Shown: positions 16,773 through 26,450, counted from the stretch's first letter. The stretch: 64,000 bases of DNA from Patescibacteria group bacterium (GCA_028714495.1 JAQTMH010000001.1:73721-137720), one strand, 5' to 3'. Program-made: numbers and translations. Notes: generated from the sequence alone by a model not told the origin.

Positions 16773-17369
16773 TTAATGTCTTGGCTTGTTTGATAACTCA
16801 ATCGTCTGACGCGGCTTAGGCGCTCGCTGGATCGGATTAACCAGACGTCTCAGGCTGAATGACTTTTTGCCATTGCGCAATAGGTATTTGCCTTCGTCTA
16901 AACACAAGTCGGTAAAATCATCGGCTGATTCGATTAATTTGGACGAGCAAGATTTCTGAAAAGCGATCACTTCAACCTGCTGACCGGTATTCTTCAAATA
17001 CTCCACCATCGGAATAAAATCCCCGTCGCCGCTCACCAAAACTACCACGTCAAGCTTGCTGGACAAACGAATGGCGTCAATCGCCACGCCGACGTCCCAA
17101 TCGCCTTTTTTCTGGCCGCCGAGAAAAACCTGCAAATCCTTCATCCGCACTTCGAACCCCTGTTTGCTGAGGGCTCCAAAAAAACTTTGTTCATCCGGGG
17201 CTTCAGCCCTGATAACATAGGCAATCGCTCGGATCAGCTTCCGGCCGGCAATCGCCGTCTTCAATATTTCGCCGAAATTGACTTTGGAATTGTAAATATT
17301 TTTAGCGGAGTAGTACATATTCTGGATATCCACGAACACGCCAACCCGCTGGTCTGAATGTTTTATCAT
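16773..17369 (-). CDS. NYN/LabA-like domain protein (predicted RNase) inserted between rpsO and pnp
   Basis: [12 protein letters not shown] and [14 protein letters not shown], typical of NYN/LabA. Overlaps the rpsO stop by 4 nt. Confidence 0.8.
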   Translation of the reverse strand: MIKHSDQRVGVFVDIQNMYYSAKNIYNSKVNFGEILKTAIAGRKLIRAIAYVIRAEAPDEQSFFGALSKQGFEVRMKDLQVFLGGQKKGDWDVGVAIDAIRLSSKLDVVVLVSGDGDFIPMVEYLKNTGQQVEVIAFQKSCSSKLIESADDFTDLCLDEGKYLLRNGKKSFSLRRLVNPIQRAPKPRQTIELSNKPRH

Positions 17370-17635
17370 CGTTTGAGTTTAAGTTTCTTAATTAGCGACT
17401 GGTAGCTCTCAGGATTTTCTTTCTCCAAATATTTTAAAAGGCGCCGGCGCTGGCCGACTTTGCGTAAAAGTCCCCGACGGGATGAAAAATCTTTCTTATG
17501 GAGCTTAAGATGCTCGGTTAATTGGCTGACCTCTTCGGTCAAAATCGCTATCTGAACCTCGGAAGAGCCGGTATCAGTCGCGTGAGTTTTAAATTTTTTG
17601 ATTAGCTCTTCCTTTTTCTTCTTGTCAATTGCCAT
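17366..17635 (-). CDS. rpsO: 30S ribosomal protein S15
   Basis: 89 aa. [48 protein letters not shown]. Confidence 0.95.
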   Translation of the reverse strand: MAIDKKKKEELIKKFKTHATDTGSSEVQIAILTEEVSQLTEHLKLHKKDFSSRRGLLRKVGQRRRLLKYLEKENPESYQSLIKKLKLKR

Positions 17636-17872
17636 TGTGATGCTCCTTTAGTCCGCGAATTCCGAGTTTCGTCAAAAAGATTGGCGAAACCAAGGATTCG
17701 TAAATAATAATATAGCTTCCTTAAAATATCACGCGTCAGTTGTTCTGTCAAGTAGCGTGAATCCCGGCAAAAAAGAAAACCCACCGGCAGAGCGGCGGGC
17801 AAAAGGACATCGCTCGTGGCGAGTAGCCCTAGATGAAGTTCGGCGCCTCGGCAAACATTCTGGCCGGCACGA

Positions 17873-18409
17873 TCAGCGATCACGCAGATAAATCCACCGT
17901 GCCACCTGATTTTCGATCGGTATCATGTCGATTTCGTCGCAGTCAGACGGCCAGTTGTCGAACCAGAGCCTGTAACCCGACGTGTTACCGGGCCGTCCAT
18001 AGTATGCGGGCTGAGCGATTACATGACTGGCTGGACACTCCCATGAGTATGACCCGTCTATTTCAAACGGTCCTCCGGGGTGTCTGTATCGCAGCGCATC
18101 GAAATCGATGACGAGCCACACGATCAAGTCGGCGCGTTTCTCGAGGCGCATGCCGGAAATGCTGCACAACCGCGCCTCACTCCTCTCAAGCGAATCACGC
18201 GCCCCAGTCCGGAAGATAGCGGCAGGCAACGTCTGTTCTTCAAACAACGCGCCGCTGACTGCGAGTATTTCCGGTGCCTTCATAGGCTGGTGATCGCGCT
18301 TTTGACACCCACCGGTCAGAGAAATCGAAAAGAGCGACAGCCCGCCGAGCACCACGACGATAAGCGGTATCAGAACCCGATTCTCTCCGGACCACAAACC
18401 CGTCTTCAT
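17873..18409 (-). CDS. Hypothetical lipoprotein (signal peptide with lipobox LTGGC), GC-rich
   Basis: N-terminal hydrophobic segment followed by Cys. No known domain recognised. Confidence 0.5.
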   Translation of the reverse strand: MKTGLWSGENRVLIPLIVVVLGGLSLFSISLTGGCQKRDHQPMKAPEILAVSGALFEEQTLPAAIFRTGARDSLERSEARLCSISGMRLEKRADLIVWLVIDFDALRYRHPGGPFEIDGSYSWECPASHVIAQPAYYGRPGNTSGYRLWFDNWPSDCDEIDMIPIENQVARWIYLRDR

Positions 18410-18528
18410 CTCAAACCTCCTCCTCTTGCCGATACAGACCTTTATCGTCTAAACATTAACCTTCAACCAGCCAATTTGTCAATACAGAACTTGTTGCTTT
18501 TTTTGTTTTTGTGTCGTAAAATATATTC

Positions 18529-19482
18529 ATGGCTATCCCCTCGCTAAAACAACTCCTTCAAGATTTTCTCGACTATCTCGAAATCGAACGCAATTGCTCT
18601 CTGGCCACAAAGCGAAATTACCAGGCCTATCTTGATCGTTTTTTAGAATGGTCAAAATTGACCAAGCCTCAGGACATTACACTCGACGTAGTTCGGCAAT
18701 ACCGGCTCTACCTCAATCGGCAAGAAAACCAAAAAAAGGAAGTGCTGAAGAAAAGCACCCAGAACTACTATCTTATCGCCCTGCGGTCTTTTCTCAAATA
18801 TTTGGCCAAGCGTGATGTCAAAACCCTGGCCTCGGAAAAAATCGAGCTGGCAAAAATGCCTGAGCGGCAAGTCACCTTTCTCGAAGGCGAAGACCTGGAA
18901 CGTTTTCTCGAAGCGCCTTTAAAAACCAAGGAGCCGGCCATTATCCAGAAGCGCGATAAGGCCATTTTGGAAATGTTTTTCTCAACCGGCCTGCGGGTTT
19001 CGGAATTGGCCAACTTGACCAAAGAACAGATTAATCTCAAAAAAGACGAGTTCACGGTTCGGGGCAAAGGCAGCAAACTGCGCCTGGTCTTTCTCTCAAA
19101 CCAGGCCAAGTACTGGCTGAAAAACTATTTCGACGCTAGGCGCGATACCTCACTCTCGGTTTTTGTCAGGCACGACCGCGCCGTGAAAAAAAACGACGTG
19201 GCCAAGTCCCTCACTCCCAGAAGCATCCAGCGCTTGGTTCAGCACTACGCGAAATCGGCTGGCATCACCAAACGGATTACGCCGCATGTCCTTCGCCATT
19301 CCTATGCTACCGACCTTCTAACCAATGGCGCCGACATCCGCTCGGTCCAATCCCTGCTTGGCCACGCATCCATCACCACCACGCAAATCTATACTCACAT
19401 CACTAATCAGCAGTTGAAAGACGTGTACCAAGCATTTCACAGCCGCAAACGCAAGTCTCCGAATATTGACTCTAAAGAATAA
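18529..19482 (+). CDS. XerC/XerD-like tyrosine site-specific recombinase
   Basis: C-terminal HVLRHSYATDLLTNGADIRSVQSLLGHASITTTQIYTH (R-H-R-Y catalytic region). N-terminal SAM-like core-binding domain. Confidence 0.85.
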   Translation: MAIPSLKQLLQDFLDYLEIERNCSLATKRNYQAYLDRFLEWSKLTKPQDITLDVVRQYRLYLNRQENQKKEVLKKSTQNYYLIALRSFLKYLAKRDVKTLASEKIELAKMPERQVTFLEGEDLERFLEAPLKTKEPAIIQKRDKAILEMFFSTGLRVSELANLTKEQINLKKDEFTVRGKGSKLRLVFLSNQAKYWLKNYFDARRDTSLSVFVRHDRAVKKNDVAKSLTPRSIQRLVQHYAKSAGITKRITPHVLRHSYATDLLTNGADIRSVQSLLGHASITTTQIYTHITNQQLKDVYQAFHSRKRKSPNIDSKE

Positions 19483-19595
19483 ACAAAGTATATTCAAAAC
19501 AAAATAATAAATAAGTCCCCATAGTTTCCGCCCAAGGCGGACCCCGAATCCTGCATGGTTCGGGGCAATGATATAGACCCGCCCGACTCGCCTGA

Positions 19596-19627
19596 CGCCC
19601 TCATAGTTTAACGGATAAAACAGTGGC
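19596..19627 (+). pseudogene. tRNA 5'-half fragment (acceptor and D-arm only), diverged copy of the tRNA-Arg 5' end
   Basis: gccctcatagtttaacggataaaacagtggcc compared with gccctcgtagctcaacggatagagcgccagcc of the intact tRNA. No matching 3' half. Confidence 0.4.
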
Positions 19628-19648
19628 CTTCCCCCGCCCGCCTCAGCG

Positions 19649-19720
19649 AGCCCTCGTAGCTCAACGGATAGAGCGCCAGCCTTCTAAGCTGGTTATAGAG
19701 GTTCAATTCCTCTCGAGGGC
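19649..19720 (+). tRNA. tRNA-Arg (anticodon TCT)
   Basis: Cloverleaf folded by hand: acceptor GCCCTCG/CGAGGGC, D-stem GCTC/GAGC, anticodon stem CCAGC/GCTGG with loop CTTCTAA, T-arm AGAGG-TTCAATT-CCTCT. Discriminator A, no encoded CCA. Confidence 0.8.
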
Positions 19721-19753
19721 ACTTGAGGCGAGCGGGGCGGGTAAGCCGTAGAT

Positions 19754-19780
19754 GTAGGTTCGATTCCTACTGGGGATACC
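19754..19780 (+). pseudogene. tRNA 3' fragment (T-arm, acceptor 3' strand, encoded CCA) with no cognate 5' half
   Basis: gtagg-ttcgatt-cctac tggggat a cca. No ATCCCCA-type 5' strand within 100 nt upstream. A partial copy ctactggggataca recurs at about 20027. Confidence 0.4.
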
Positions 19781-20158
19781 AAAAAATTACTCTAAAAATA
19801 GAATTCAATTCTCGGAGCCCAGCCGGGCGGAGATCTCGCCGAATGGCGGGACTCTCGGGGGCACCAGACGAGTCAGGCGGGCGGGTAGGTTTCAAATTGG
19901 TTCTCCGCCACCATAACTAAAAAATTCGAGGTATGGCGGATCCCCGCCAGCCGTCGGGCAGGCGCCTTTGGCGGAGATTCTCGAAGCGCAGCGAAGATCC
20001 CGCCCTGAGCTTGTCGAAGGGCGGGACTACTGGGGATACAAGCCTTAAATCACCATCCAGGGTCACCGTCGAACTGGATTCGACGGTCCAGAAAACAAAA
20101 AATAAAACACATTAATAATGACGGGAAAGTAATAATTAATTATTAAATTTCCCGTCAT

Positions 20159-20482
20159 ATGCCACGAACTTATTACGTCTATATCCTGGCCAGTCAACGA
20201 AACGGAACATTATACATCGGCGTTACCAATAATCTTGAACGAAGAATATTTGAACACAAGACGAAATTCAACAAAGGATTCACCGAAAAGTACAATGTTA
20301 GTAAACTCGTGTATTTTGAGGAAACAAACGAAATCGGCGAGGCAATTCGTCGAGAGAAGCAACTGAAAGGATGGAACAGGGAATGGAAATTGGTCCTCAT
20401 TGAAAATGCGAACCCGAACTGGCATGATTTGGCAGCCGGATGGTTTAGCGGAGTTTCTGGGTCATCGGATCCCCCCGACTAG
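20159..20482 (+). CDS. GIY-YIG nuclease family protein
   Basis: YYVYILASQRNGTLYIGVTNNLERRIFEH (GIY-YIG motif). Confidence 0.85.
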   Translation: MPRTYYVYILASQRNGTLYIGVTNNLERRIFEHKTKFNKGFTEKYNVSKLVYFEETNEIGEAIRREKQLKGWNREWKLVLIENANPNWHDLAAGWFSGVSGSSDPPD

Positions 20483-20604
20483 ATCGGGGGTCGATGACGA
20501 CAATCTAAGTAGGTTTATTATATTGTTACTACCGGACTTAATCGGATGTTCCCGAAAGACAGAACGAAGTTCGGTGAGAAACGCGTGTCTACCTGGCGAT
20601 ATCG

Positions 20605-21198
20605 TTATGGCAACCTGGCTAATATCGTCAGCATTATCGTCTTGGCCTGTTCTTGGTTGCCGTTAAGGCCATAGAGTACTTGGGCCGTAAAGACGTCGCC
20701 GCCGCGGAGAACCCGAAAAAATCCCTGATCCGCGTCCCAATAGGCAAGGTCGCCATAACCGGTCACATCGATTGCGCGGTCCAATCGGGCCTTGTTCGCG
20801 TCGTAGTTTGCGCGCGCGGTTGTGGCTGAACCGAAGCGGTCAACCCCGACCCAAACCGATCTGGCAGTGGCCCCAGTGGCTGCCGTGGCGTAAACACAGT
20901 AATAATTATTGTCGTAACTAGAAAGAAATATTTTTCCAGTCGGCGGATCAGGCGGCACGAGCGTGACACCAACGATTTTTTCAGCTTCAGCTTGCGAATA
21001 GAGCTGACAAGCATGTTCAAACGAGGAGATGGAATTAGCATTTAACGTATTTGTCATGCTGGTGTTGCTGGTTGAGGCATTATTAGTTTGGTTCGTGTTG
21101 GTGGTGGTTTTTTTCGATGAGCAACTGGCACCGAGTAAAAGGATTATAGCGCTAATAAAGATAAGACTCGCCAAACGATAGGAAGGATGTGTTTTCAT
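20605..21198 (-). CDS. Secreted protein with a Ser/Thr/Asn-rich linker
   Basis: Signal peptide MKTHPSYRLASLIFISAIILLLGASCSS followed by a low-complexity TNTNQTNNASTSNTSMTNT linker. Confidence 0.6.
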   Translation of the reverse strand: MKTHPSYRLASLIFISAIILLLGASCSSKKTTTNTNQTNNASTSNTSMTNTLNANSISSFEHACQLYSQAEAEKIVGVTLVPPDPPTGKIFLSSYDNNYYCVYATAATGATARSVWVGVDRFGSATTARANYDANKARLDRAIDVTGYGDLAYWDADQGFFRVLRGGDVFTAQVLYGLNGNQEQAKTIMLTILARLP

Positions 21199-21360
21199 AA
21201 GAATATTTATATAAATGATTGGTTTACGCCGTCTTTTCTGTTTTTTTCAGTGATATAATCAAATAATTTTTCAACTATTTGAGCTGGGCTTTGAATTATA
21301 TTGCTTAAGGATATTTCGCCTTTATTATACTCCCATTCCTGATTAAAAAAAGCCCATCCC

Positions 21361-21603
21361 TTAGGATGAGCCGGCTTTGACCATGACCCCAATCGGTGGC
21401 GGGGTGTGGGCCGCATACGGCATATTGCAGAGCGCACAGGGCTTGGCTGGAGCGGTGACCGAGATGTCTCTAACATGAACTGTTGTCGTTTCTCGATGAC
21501 CACAGTAGGAACATTTGAGCGTGTAGCGAAAAGTGACTTGGCCAGTACGTTTGGCGTAGCACTGAGCGTATTTACCGCATCGTGGACAGGCCGTTTCGGG
21601 CAT
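21361..21603 (-). CDS. Small zinc-ribbon protein (CxxC...CxxC...C..C), GC-rich; the start was moved to the internal ATG
   Basis: MPETACPRCGKYAQCYAKRTGQVTFRYTLKCSYCGHRE. RBS AAGGAAAGGGGGG, 5-nt spacer, ATG at 21603. Confidence 0.45.
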   Translation of the reverse strand: MPETACPRCGKYAQCYAKRTGQVTFRYTLKCSYCGHRETTTVHVRDISVTAPAKPCALCNMPYAAHTPPPIGVMVKAGSS

Positions 21604-21697
21604 ATGGACCCCCCTTTCCTTATGGTAAAGAGCTGATTGGCTTACACTGGCTCTCAAGGCTAGCAAATAGACTGACGCGCTGTCAAGCGGCTGGCTG

Positions 21698-22495
21698 TTA
21701 CAACTTTCGCAGGATTTCCGGCATCATAGCTTTAGCCGCTTTTTCGCCAGCCAGGATGTTTTGCTGGACTGTTTTTTTATTGAAAAAATCATTGAAGCCG
21801 ACCAGCTTTTCGCTGTGGGTTTGCGGCTCAATAAGAATATCAGTGGAATTAACCGTCTGATCGCTGAAATTGTGCCGGATTATTGACAAGGCTCGATAGG
21901 TTACGTCAGTAATATTTTTCTTGGACAAAGGCTTAAGCTTGATATCCGTATCCAGGCTTACCGAAATTACAACATCGGCGCCCATGGCCCGGACCACGTC
22001 GTCCGGCACCGGATTGGTCAATCCTCCGTCAGCTAGAAACCATTCGTCGTACTGTATCGGCGTAAAAACCGGCGTGGACGCGATGCTCGCCCGTACCGCT
22101 TTTATCACATCGCCTTCAGTCAGATGGATCTCTTTCCCAGTGTGCAAATCAGTGGCGACCAGGGTTAGCGGGATTTTCAAATCGGAAAACTGAAGATAAC
22201 CGATCTGCTCACGCAGGAGCTTCTCTATTTTATTCCCTACCATCAATCCGCCTTTCCAGGTCAGGTCAACAAGCGCCAGCCACTGCCTGAAGCCACTCTG
22301 TTTCATCGCGAATTCTTCAATTCTCCGGCTTGAGCCCCAAGCCGCGTAAAAAGCGCCGATCAAAGAACCGATGCTCGCGCCGGCAATGTAGTCAATTGGA
22401 ATTTTGTTCGTCTCGAGCTGTTTCAAAACTCCGATATGCGCCAGTCCGCGCACGCCGCCAGAACCGAGGACTAGACCGATTTTTCTTTTTTTCAT
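21698..22495 (-). CDS. Patatin-like phospholipase
   Basis: GSGGVRGLAHIGV (oxyanion), GASIGSL (GxSxG) and LADGGLTNPVP (DGG). Confidence 0.9.
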   Translation of the reverse strand: MKKRKIGLVLGSGGVRGLAHIGVLKQLETNKIPIDYIAGASIGSLIGAFYAAWGSSRRIEEFAMKQSGFRQWLALVDLTWKGGLMVGNKIEKLLREQIGYLQFSDLKIPLTLVATDLHTGKEIHLTEGDVIKAVRASIASTPVFTPIQYDEWFLADGGLTNPVPDDVVRAMGADVVISVSLDTDIKLKPLSKKNITDVTYRALSIIRHNFSDQTVNSTDILIEPQTHSEKLVGFNDFFNKKTVQQNILAGEKAAKAMMPEILRKL

Positions 22496-22621
22496 ATCCG
22501 TAATAGTAAAAAAATACTATACCAGTATACCAGGTATTTATCTTTCAGCCAATCGATTATCAAATGCCCCGAGGGTACGAATGGATGTATCGGCGTACCA
22601 CAACCAGCTGACGGATTAGGG

Positions 22622-23356
22622 TCATTGTTTCACCGCCTCGATCAATAAACTCTCCAATGGAATACCGCTATATTGTTCTTTGCTAATTGCTTTATTTTCC
22701 GCCAAAATAGTCACTTTAAAACCCGCCTTTCTCACTATTTCCAAATATTCGTCTCTTAGAATAGCTCCGCCGACGCAGCCAGCAATAAGCTTTTCATCTT
22801 TTCTTTGTTCCGGCGACAATTCCTCAAGTAACACAATATCTGACACAAACATCCGGCCGCCCGGTTTCAGTATCCGGTATGCCTCCTCAAACACTTTAGT
22901 TTTGTCCGGCGCCAGATTAATCACGCAGTTTGAAATAATCACGTTAGCCGAATCGTCCTTGAGCGGAAGATTTTCGATATCGCCCAGGACAAAATCGACG
23001 TTTCTGAAATCCATTTTCAAAGCATTGGTTTTCGCTTTGACAATCATCTCCACGGTAAAATCTACGCCGATGACTTTTCCCGCCGGACCCACTTTTTTCG
23101 CGGCTAGAAAACAATCAATGCCCGCGCCGCTTCCGAGATCAACGACCGTGTCGCCCGGTTTCATTTTCCCAAACGCGACCGGATTGCCGCAGCCCAGCCC
23201 TAAGTCCGCTTCGCCAACCTGCGCCAGGTCCTTTTTTGAATAACCGATGCTCTGCGAAACGCTTTTCTGCGGTGAACACGAACAGCCGCAGTTTTTTATT
23301 TTTGCGCCCGCGATTTCTGAATATTTGCTTTTAACGATTTTTTTAATATCTGCCAT
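22622..23356 (-). CDS. SAM-dependent methyltransferase, ArsM-like
   Basis: VVDLGSGAGID SAM motif, a conserved cysteine cluster NCGCSCSP near the N-terminus, plus LGCGNP and ISNCVINL. Confidence 0.75.
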   Translation of the reverse strand: MADIKKIVKSKYSEIAGAKIKNCGCSCSPQKSVSQSIGYSKKDLAQVGEADLGLGCGNPVAFGKMKPGDTVVDLGSGAGIDCFLAAKKVGPAGKVIGVDFTVEMIVKAKTNALKMDFRNVDFVLGDIENLPLKDDSANVIISNCVINLAPDKTKVFEEAYRILKPGGRMFVSDIVLLEELSPEQRKDEKLIAGCVGGAILRDEYLEIVRKAGFKVTILAENKAISKEQYSGIPLESLLIEAVKQ

Positions 23357-23391
23357 AAAATATTATTCATAGTTAACTAAGTATATAAAAA

Positions 23392-24768
23392 TCAATCCTC
23401 GCCTCCAAATCCCAGGTAGTCCACTTTTGAATCGCCTAAACTAAAATCAATCCCGGCTAATGTCGGCAGAGTAACGGTTACATCCATTGACGGACGGTCG
23501 CAGATAAAATAGAAACAGCGTTCATTTTCCTCATTCCGGAGAGTAATTTTATTGTCTGTCTGTTCAACTATCAGTTCATCAATAAACAGATCAAATCCTT
23601 TAGCCGTAACAGCGTAAGTATCCCCCTTCAAAAAGGTAATATCATAATCATCCGCTGTTTCAATTGAAGTAAAAGGGTTAAGCTCAAATGCTCGGGTCGA
23701 ATCAAGGCGCGCGTTTATATCTTCGTAGATATTTTCGACGCGCGGACCAGCTTCCACGGCGATGGCGCCAGCCACTACGATTGAAATCATCCACAGGACG
23801 ATCAGCGCTCCTGAAAGTACTCCGGAAAAAACATTTTTCCGTCTCATCAGGGCCAGGCTGGCCAGGAATAAAAACACGACCGGGACAATAGCGATAATCA
23901 TGGAGGCGCTGACACCGAGGTAGTAGGTCGAGGCACCCAGCATTTCCCGGAAGGGATAATCAAAATATAGTTGAGGCGAGTCCAGGCTCACGAGCATGAT
24001 ACCCCAGGAAACCAAAAGGGATAAAATTGTCACGCCAAAACTAAAGACTAATACGGCCCCGATAAACGAAACAAAAAACGGCCCGGCTTTTTGGATAAAT
24101 TTGCCGACCCAGCGGAAAAAAGAATCAAAGAATCCGAGAATAGCCGGCATTGATTTCTTCGTGGCATCCAGGCCCTTTTTACCGCCTTTGGCAATTTTCC
24201 TTGAAACTTGTTCAATTTTTTTTAGGGTGATTGGCTTACCCTGCATTTCCAGTTTTTGAGTACTGGTTTCCGCCTCGGGTACGATAACCCACATTACCAG
24301 GTAGGCGATGATTCCCGTACCGCCGAGAAAGATCGAGGCAAAAAATATGAGCCGCGCGATCACCGGGTCAAAGCCGAAATAACTGGCAATACCTGAAGCC
24401 ACGCCGGCGATAACTTTATCATCTGGGTTGCGGTAGAGTCTGCGGTAGGACGCTTGGCTCTCTTGGTGGGGTTCGGGTTTTTCTATTTCTCCAGCATCTT
24501 CCTCAACCGCGGCAAAATCCTCAACCGTGCCCATTACTTTAATCAAGGCCTCGACATCAGCCAGGGTAATTACTTCTTTTCCCTTTGGCCGAGCTGTAAA
24601 TTTATCAGCGATGCTTGATTCAATGTCTTTAATTATTTCCTTGGCGTCGCCATTTCGATTCGAATAATATCCTTTTATTGAATCAAGATATTCTTTTAGC
24701 TTGGCGTAAGCCCCCTCCTCGATATGGAAGAGAACGCCGTTTAATTCAATGTTGACCGCTTTATTCAT
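23392..24768 (-). CDS. PspC-domain membrane protein
   Basis: DKVIAGVASGIASYFGFDPVIARLIFFASIFLGGTGIIAYLVMWVIVPEA (PspC domain) plus several TM helices. Confidence 0.8.
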   Translation of the reverse strand: MNKAVNIELNGVLFHIEEGAYAKLKEYLDSIKGYYSNRNGDAKEIIKDIESSIADKFTARPKGKEVITLADVEALIKVMGTVEDFAAVEEDAGEIEKPEPHQESQASYRRLYRNPDDKVIAGVASGIASYFGFDPVIARLIFFASIFLGGTGIIAYLVMWVIVPEAETSTQKLEMQGKPITLKKIEQVSRKIAKGGKKGLDATKKSMPAILGFFDSFFRWVGKFIQKAGPFFVSFIGAVLVFSFGVTILSLLVSWGIMLVSLDSPQLYFDYPFREMLGASTYYLGVSASMIIAIVPVVFLFLASLALMRRKNVFSGVLSGALIVLWMISIVVAGAIAVEAGPRVENIYEDINARLDSTRAFELNPFTSIETADDYDITFLKGDTYAVTAKGFDLFIDELIVEQTDNKITLRNEENERCFYFICDRPSMDVTVTLPTLAGIDFSLGDSKVDYLGFGGED

Positions 24769-25133
24769 ATTTTTTCAGTCTTAGTAATTAAAGAGTTTAT
24801 CGATTTATTAAATTTATTCCAGGTTAGGGTGAGTCTTTTGATCGCCTCTTTCCCTTTTGTGGTTAGGGTGTAATATTTTCGCGGCGGGCCGCTCTTTGAC
24901 TCGGTCCAAGTATATTCCACCAGACCGGAATTTTTCAGCCGGCTCAATAGGGGGTAAAGGGTTCCTTCAACTACGATTAAGTCGGCTATTTCGAGCTGTT
25001 TTAAGATATCCGGGGCATAGGTTTTCCCTTTGGAAATAACCAGCAAGATACAAAACTCCAGGATTCCTTTTCTCATCTGGGCTTTAGTGTTTTCTAAGTC
25101 ATTTTTAAGATTTTCTTCTGTATTTCTGTCCAT
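24765..25133 (-). CDS. PadR-family transcriptional regulator
   Basis: 122 aa with a winged HTH. GTLYPLLSRLKNSGLVEYTWTE...PRKYYTLTTKG. Confidence 0.85.
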   Translation of the reverse strand: MDRNTEENLKNDLENTKAQMRKGILEFCILLVISKGKTYAPDILKQLEIADLIVVEGTLYPLLSRLKNSGLVEYTWTESKSGPPRKYYTLTTKGKEAIKRLTLTWNKFNKSINSLITKTEKI

Positions 25134-25153
25134 AAGACAAGGCTAGCACTAAT

Positions 25154-25172
25154 TACCTTGTAATGCAAGGTA
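25154..25172. promoter_or_regulatory. Perfect palindrome upstream of padR (candidate PadR operator)
   Basis: taccttg-taatg-caaggta. Confidence 0.4.
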
Positions 25173-25261
25173 CCTGGCTGTGGATAACTATAATTACAAA
25201 AAACCATCTGGTTGGGGATGGAACTTAGGTTAGGCGAGAAATTTTATATACTGGATAATTT

Positions 25262-25291
25262 CTTGACAAGGTAATTGTTACTATGGTAACA
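25262..25291 (+). promoter_or_regulatory. Promoter with an overlapping palindromic operator for the XRE gene (probably a leaderless transcript)
   Basis: TTGACA ... TAACAT with the palindrome gttac-tatg-gtaac at 25276-25289. ATG at 25301 lies about 10 nt downstream. Confidence 0.4.
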
Positions 25292-25300
25292 TTCCGTTGT

Positions 25301-25585
25301 ATGACAATCGGCGAATTTATACTTGAATATAGGGAAAAAAACGATATTACCCAGTCAGAATTTGCAAAGAAATCCGGACTTGCAAGAAGTTACATCGCAA
25401 GACTAGAAAGGGGTGATTTCGAAGACGGATCAATAGGTCTAGCAACATTTATTCGATTATCTAAGGCGTTAGGAATCCCTATGTATAGATTATTTAGTGA
25501 TCTAAAATACGATAATCAGGGAAATTTACCACCATTGGGAGCCTACTTATTAAGAGCCCAAAGAAGAAGAAAAAGCGATGTATAA
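25301..25585 (+). CDS. XRE-family HTH regulator (the ORF could start at 25283)
   Basis: ITQSEFAKKSGLARSYIARLERGD (HTH_3). Confidence 0.8.
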   Translation: MTIGEFILEYREKNDITQSEFAKKSGLARSYIARLERGDFEDGSIGLATFIRLSKALGIPMYRLFSDLKYDNQGNLPPLGAYLLRAQRRRKSDV

Positions 25586-26075
25586 CCTACGTCAAGAAGC
25601 ACAAAAAACGGCAAACGCATTACTTTACGCAGCTAATGTTAATAAACCACCCATACGGATAGATAATATAATAAATTGGCTACGTAAAAATTTGAATTTC
25701 AATATCACCATCTTTAAAAGTGATCAGTATCTAAATTATTATCGTCTTTCCGGTCAGTTAATGAGAAGGGGGCAGAATGTTTGGATTCTTATCAATAAAA
25801 ATGAACACGAAGTCCGCCAACGTTTTACTTTAGCCCATGAATTAGGACACTTGCTTGATGCCTATCAAGTTGCGCATATGACCGAGCTTACTAGAAATCA
25901 TAATCCTGAACGTTACGCTAACCAGTTTGCTTCAGAGCTATTAATGCCAGCCGAGCTTGTTAGAGAAGAGTGGAGTAAATTTTCACAAGAACTCTACCCG
26001 CAATCGTGCAATTCAAGCTATCAAAAATTTTCAATGTATCAAATGAAGCTATGGGCTATCGTCTTAATGAATTGA
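25578..26075 (+). CDS. ImmA/IrrE-family metallopeptidase
   Basis: FTLAHELGHLLDAY (HEXXH). Overlaps the XRE gene by 8 nt. Confidence 0.8.
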   Translation: MYNLRQEAQKTANALLYAANVNKPPIRIDNIINWLRKNLNFNITIFKSDQYLNYYRLSGQLMRRGQNVWILINKNEHEVRQRFTLAHELGHLLDAYQVAHMTELTRNHNPERYANQFASELLMPAELVREEWSKFSQELYPQSCNSSYQKFSMYQMKLWAIVLMN

Positions 26076-26159
26076 ATATACAAAGCGAACACTGGGCTGG
26101 TACGTCGACTCCACCTGTATATAGTAGTTAATATGATATCTTAAAGGAAGTGATTATAT

Positions 26160-26450
26160 ATGGCAAAGCGAGGAAAAGTTGGTCAGGCAAAACACGACAG
26201 GAAGGTGCAGAAAGAACTTGAGAAATTTATTGATCAGGACTTTCGCACGTGGGCAGACCTACCTGGTCGGACCAAGCCACCAAAAGTTGGCGGACGAGTA
26301 CCCGACATCTATGCGCGAAAAGGAAAGAAGCTGGTCGTAGAAGAAATTGAAACCGTTTCAACGAAAAATGCCGACAAACAGCAGCAAAAACAGCTCCGTA
26401 AAGGCACCAAAAAACTTGGTGGCAAGTTTTTTGTGAAGACTGTTAAGTAA
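26160..26450 (+). CDS. Lys-rich hypothetical protein
   Basis: 96 aa ORF. RBS aaggaag upstream. Confidence 0.45.
   Translation: MAKRGKVGQAKHDRKVQKELEKFIDQDFRTWADLPGRTKPPKVGGRVPDIYARKGKKLVVEEIETVSTKNADKQQQKQLRKGTKKLGGKFFVKTVK

Noticed and set aside
19780-19911. Possible tmRNA or two-piece tmRNA (CCA-ending T-arm-like pieces; 5' ggcggagatctcgccgaatggcggga resembles the tmRNA 5' end)
   Set aside because: No tag-peptide reading frame ending in Ala-Ala-stop and no pseudoknot series could be found. The acceptor pairing is incomplete. Left as tRNA-like fragments.
19723-20115. ORFs 19723..19920 and 19933..20115
   Set aside because: They lie across tRNA fragments and GC-rich repeats, are Arg/Ser-rich low-complexity translations and lack an RBS. 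They are noncoding.
21207-21503. 98-aa ORF overlapping the zinc-ribbon gene
   Set aside because: It overlaps 21361..21603 in another frame. It has no RBS and its N-terminal half is Pro/Arg-rich GC-frame noise.
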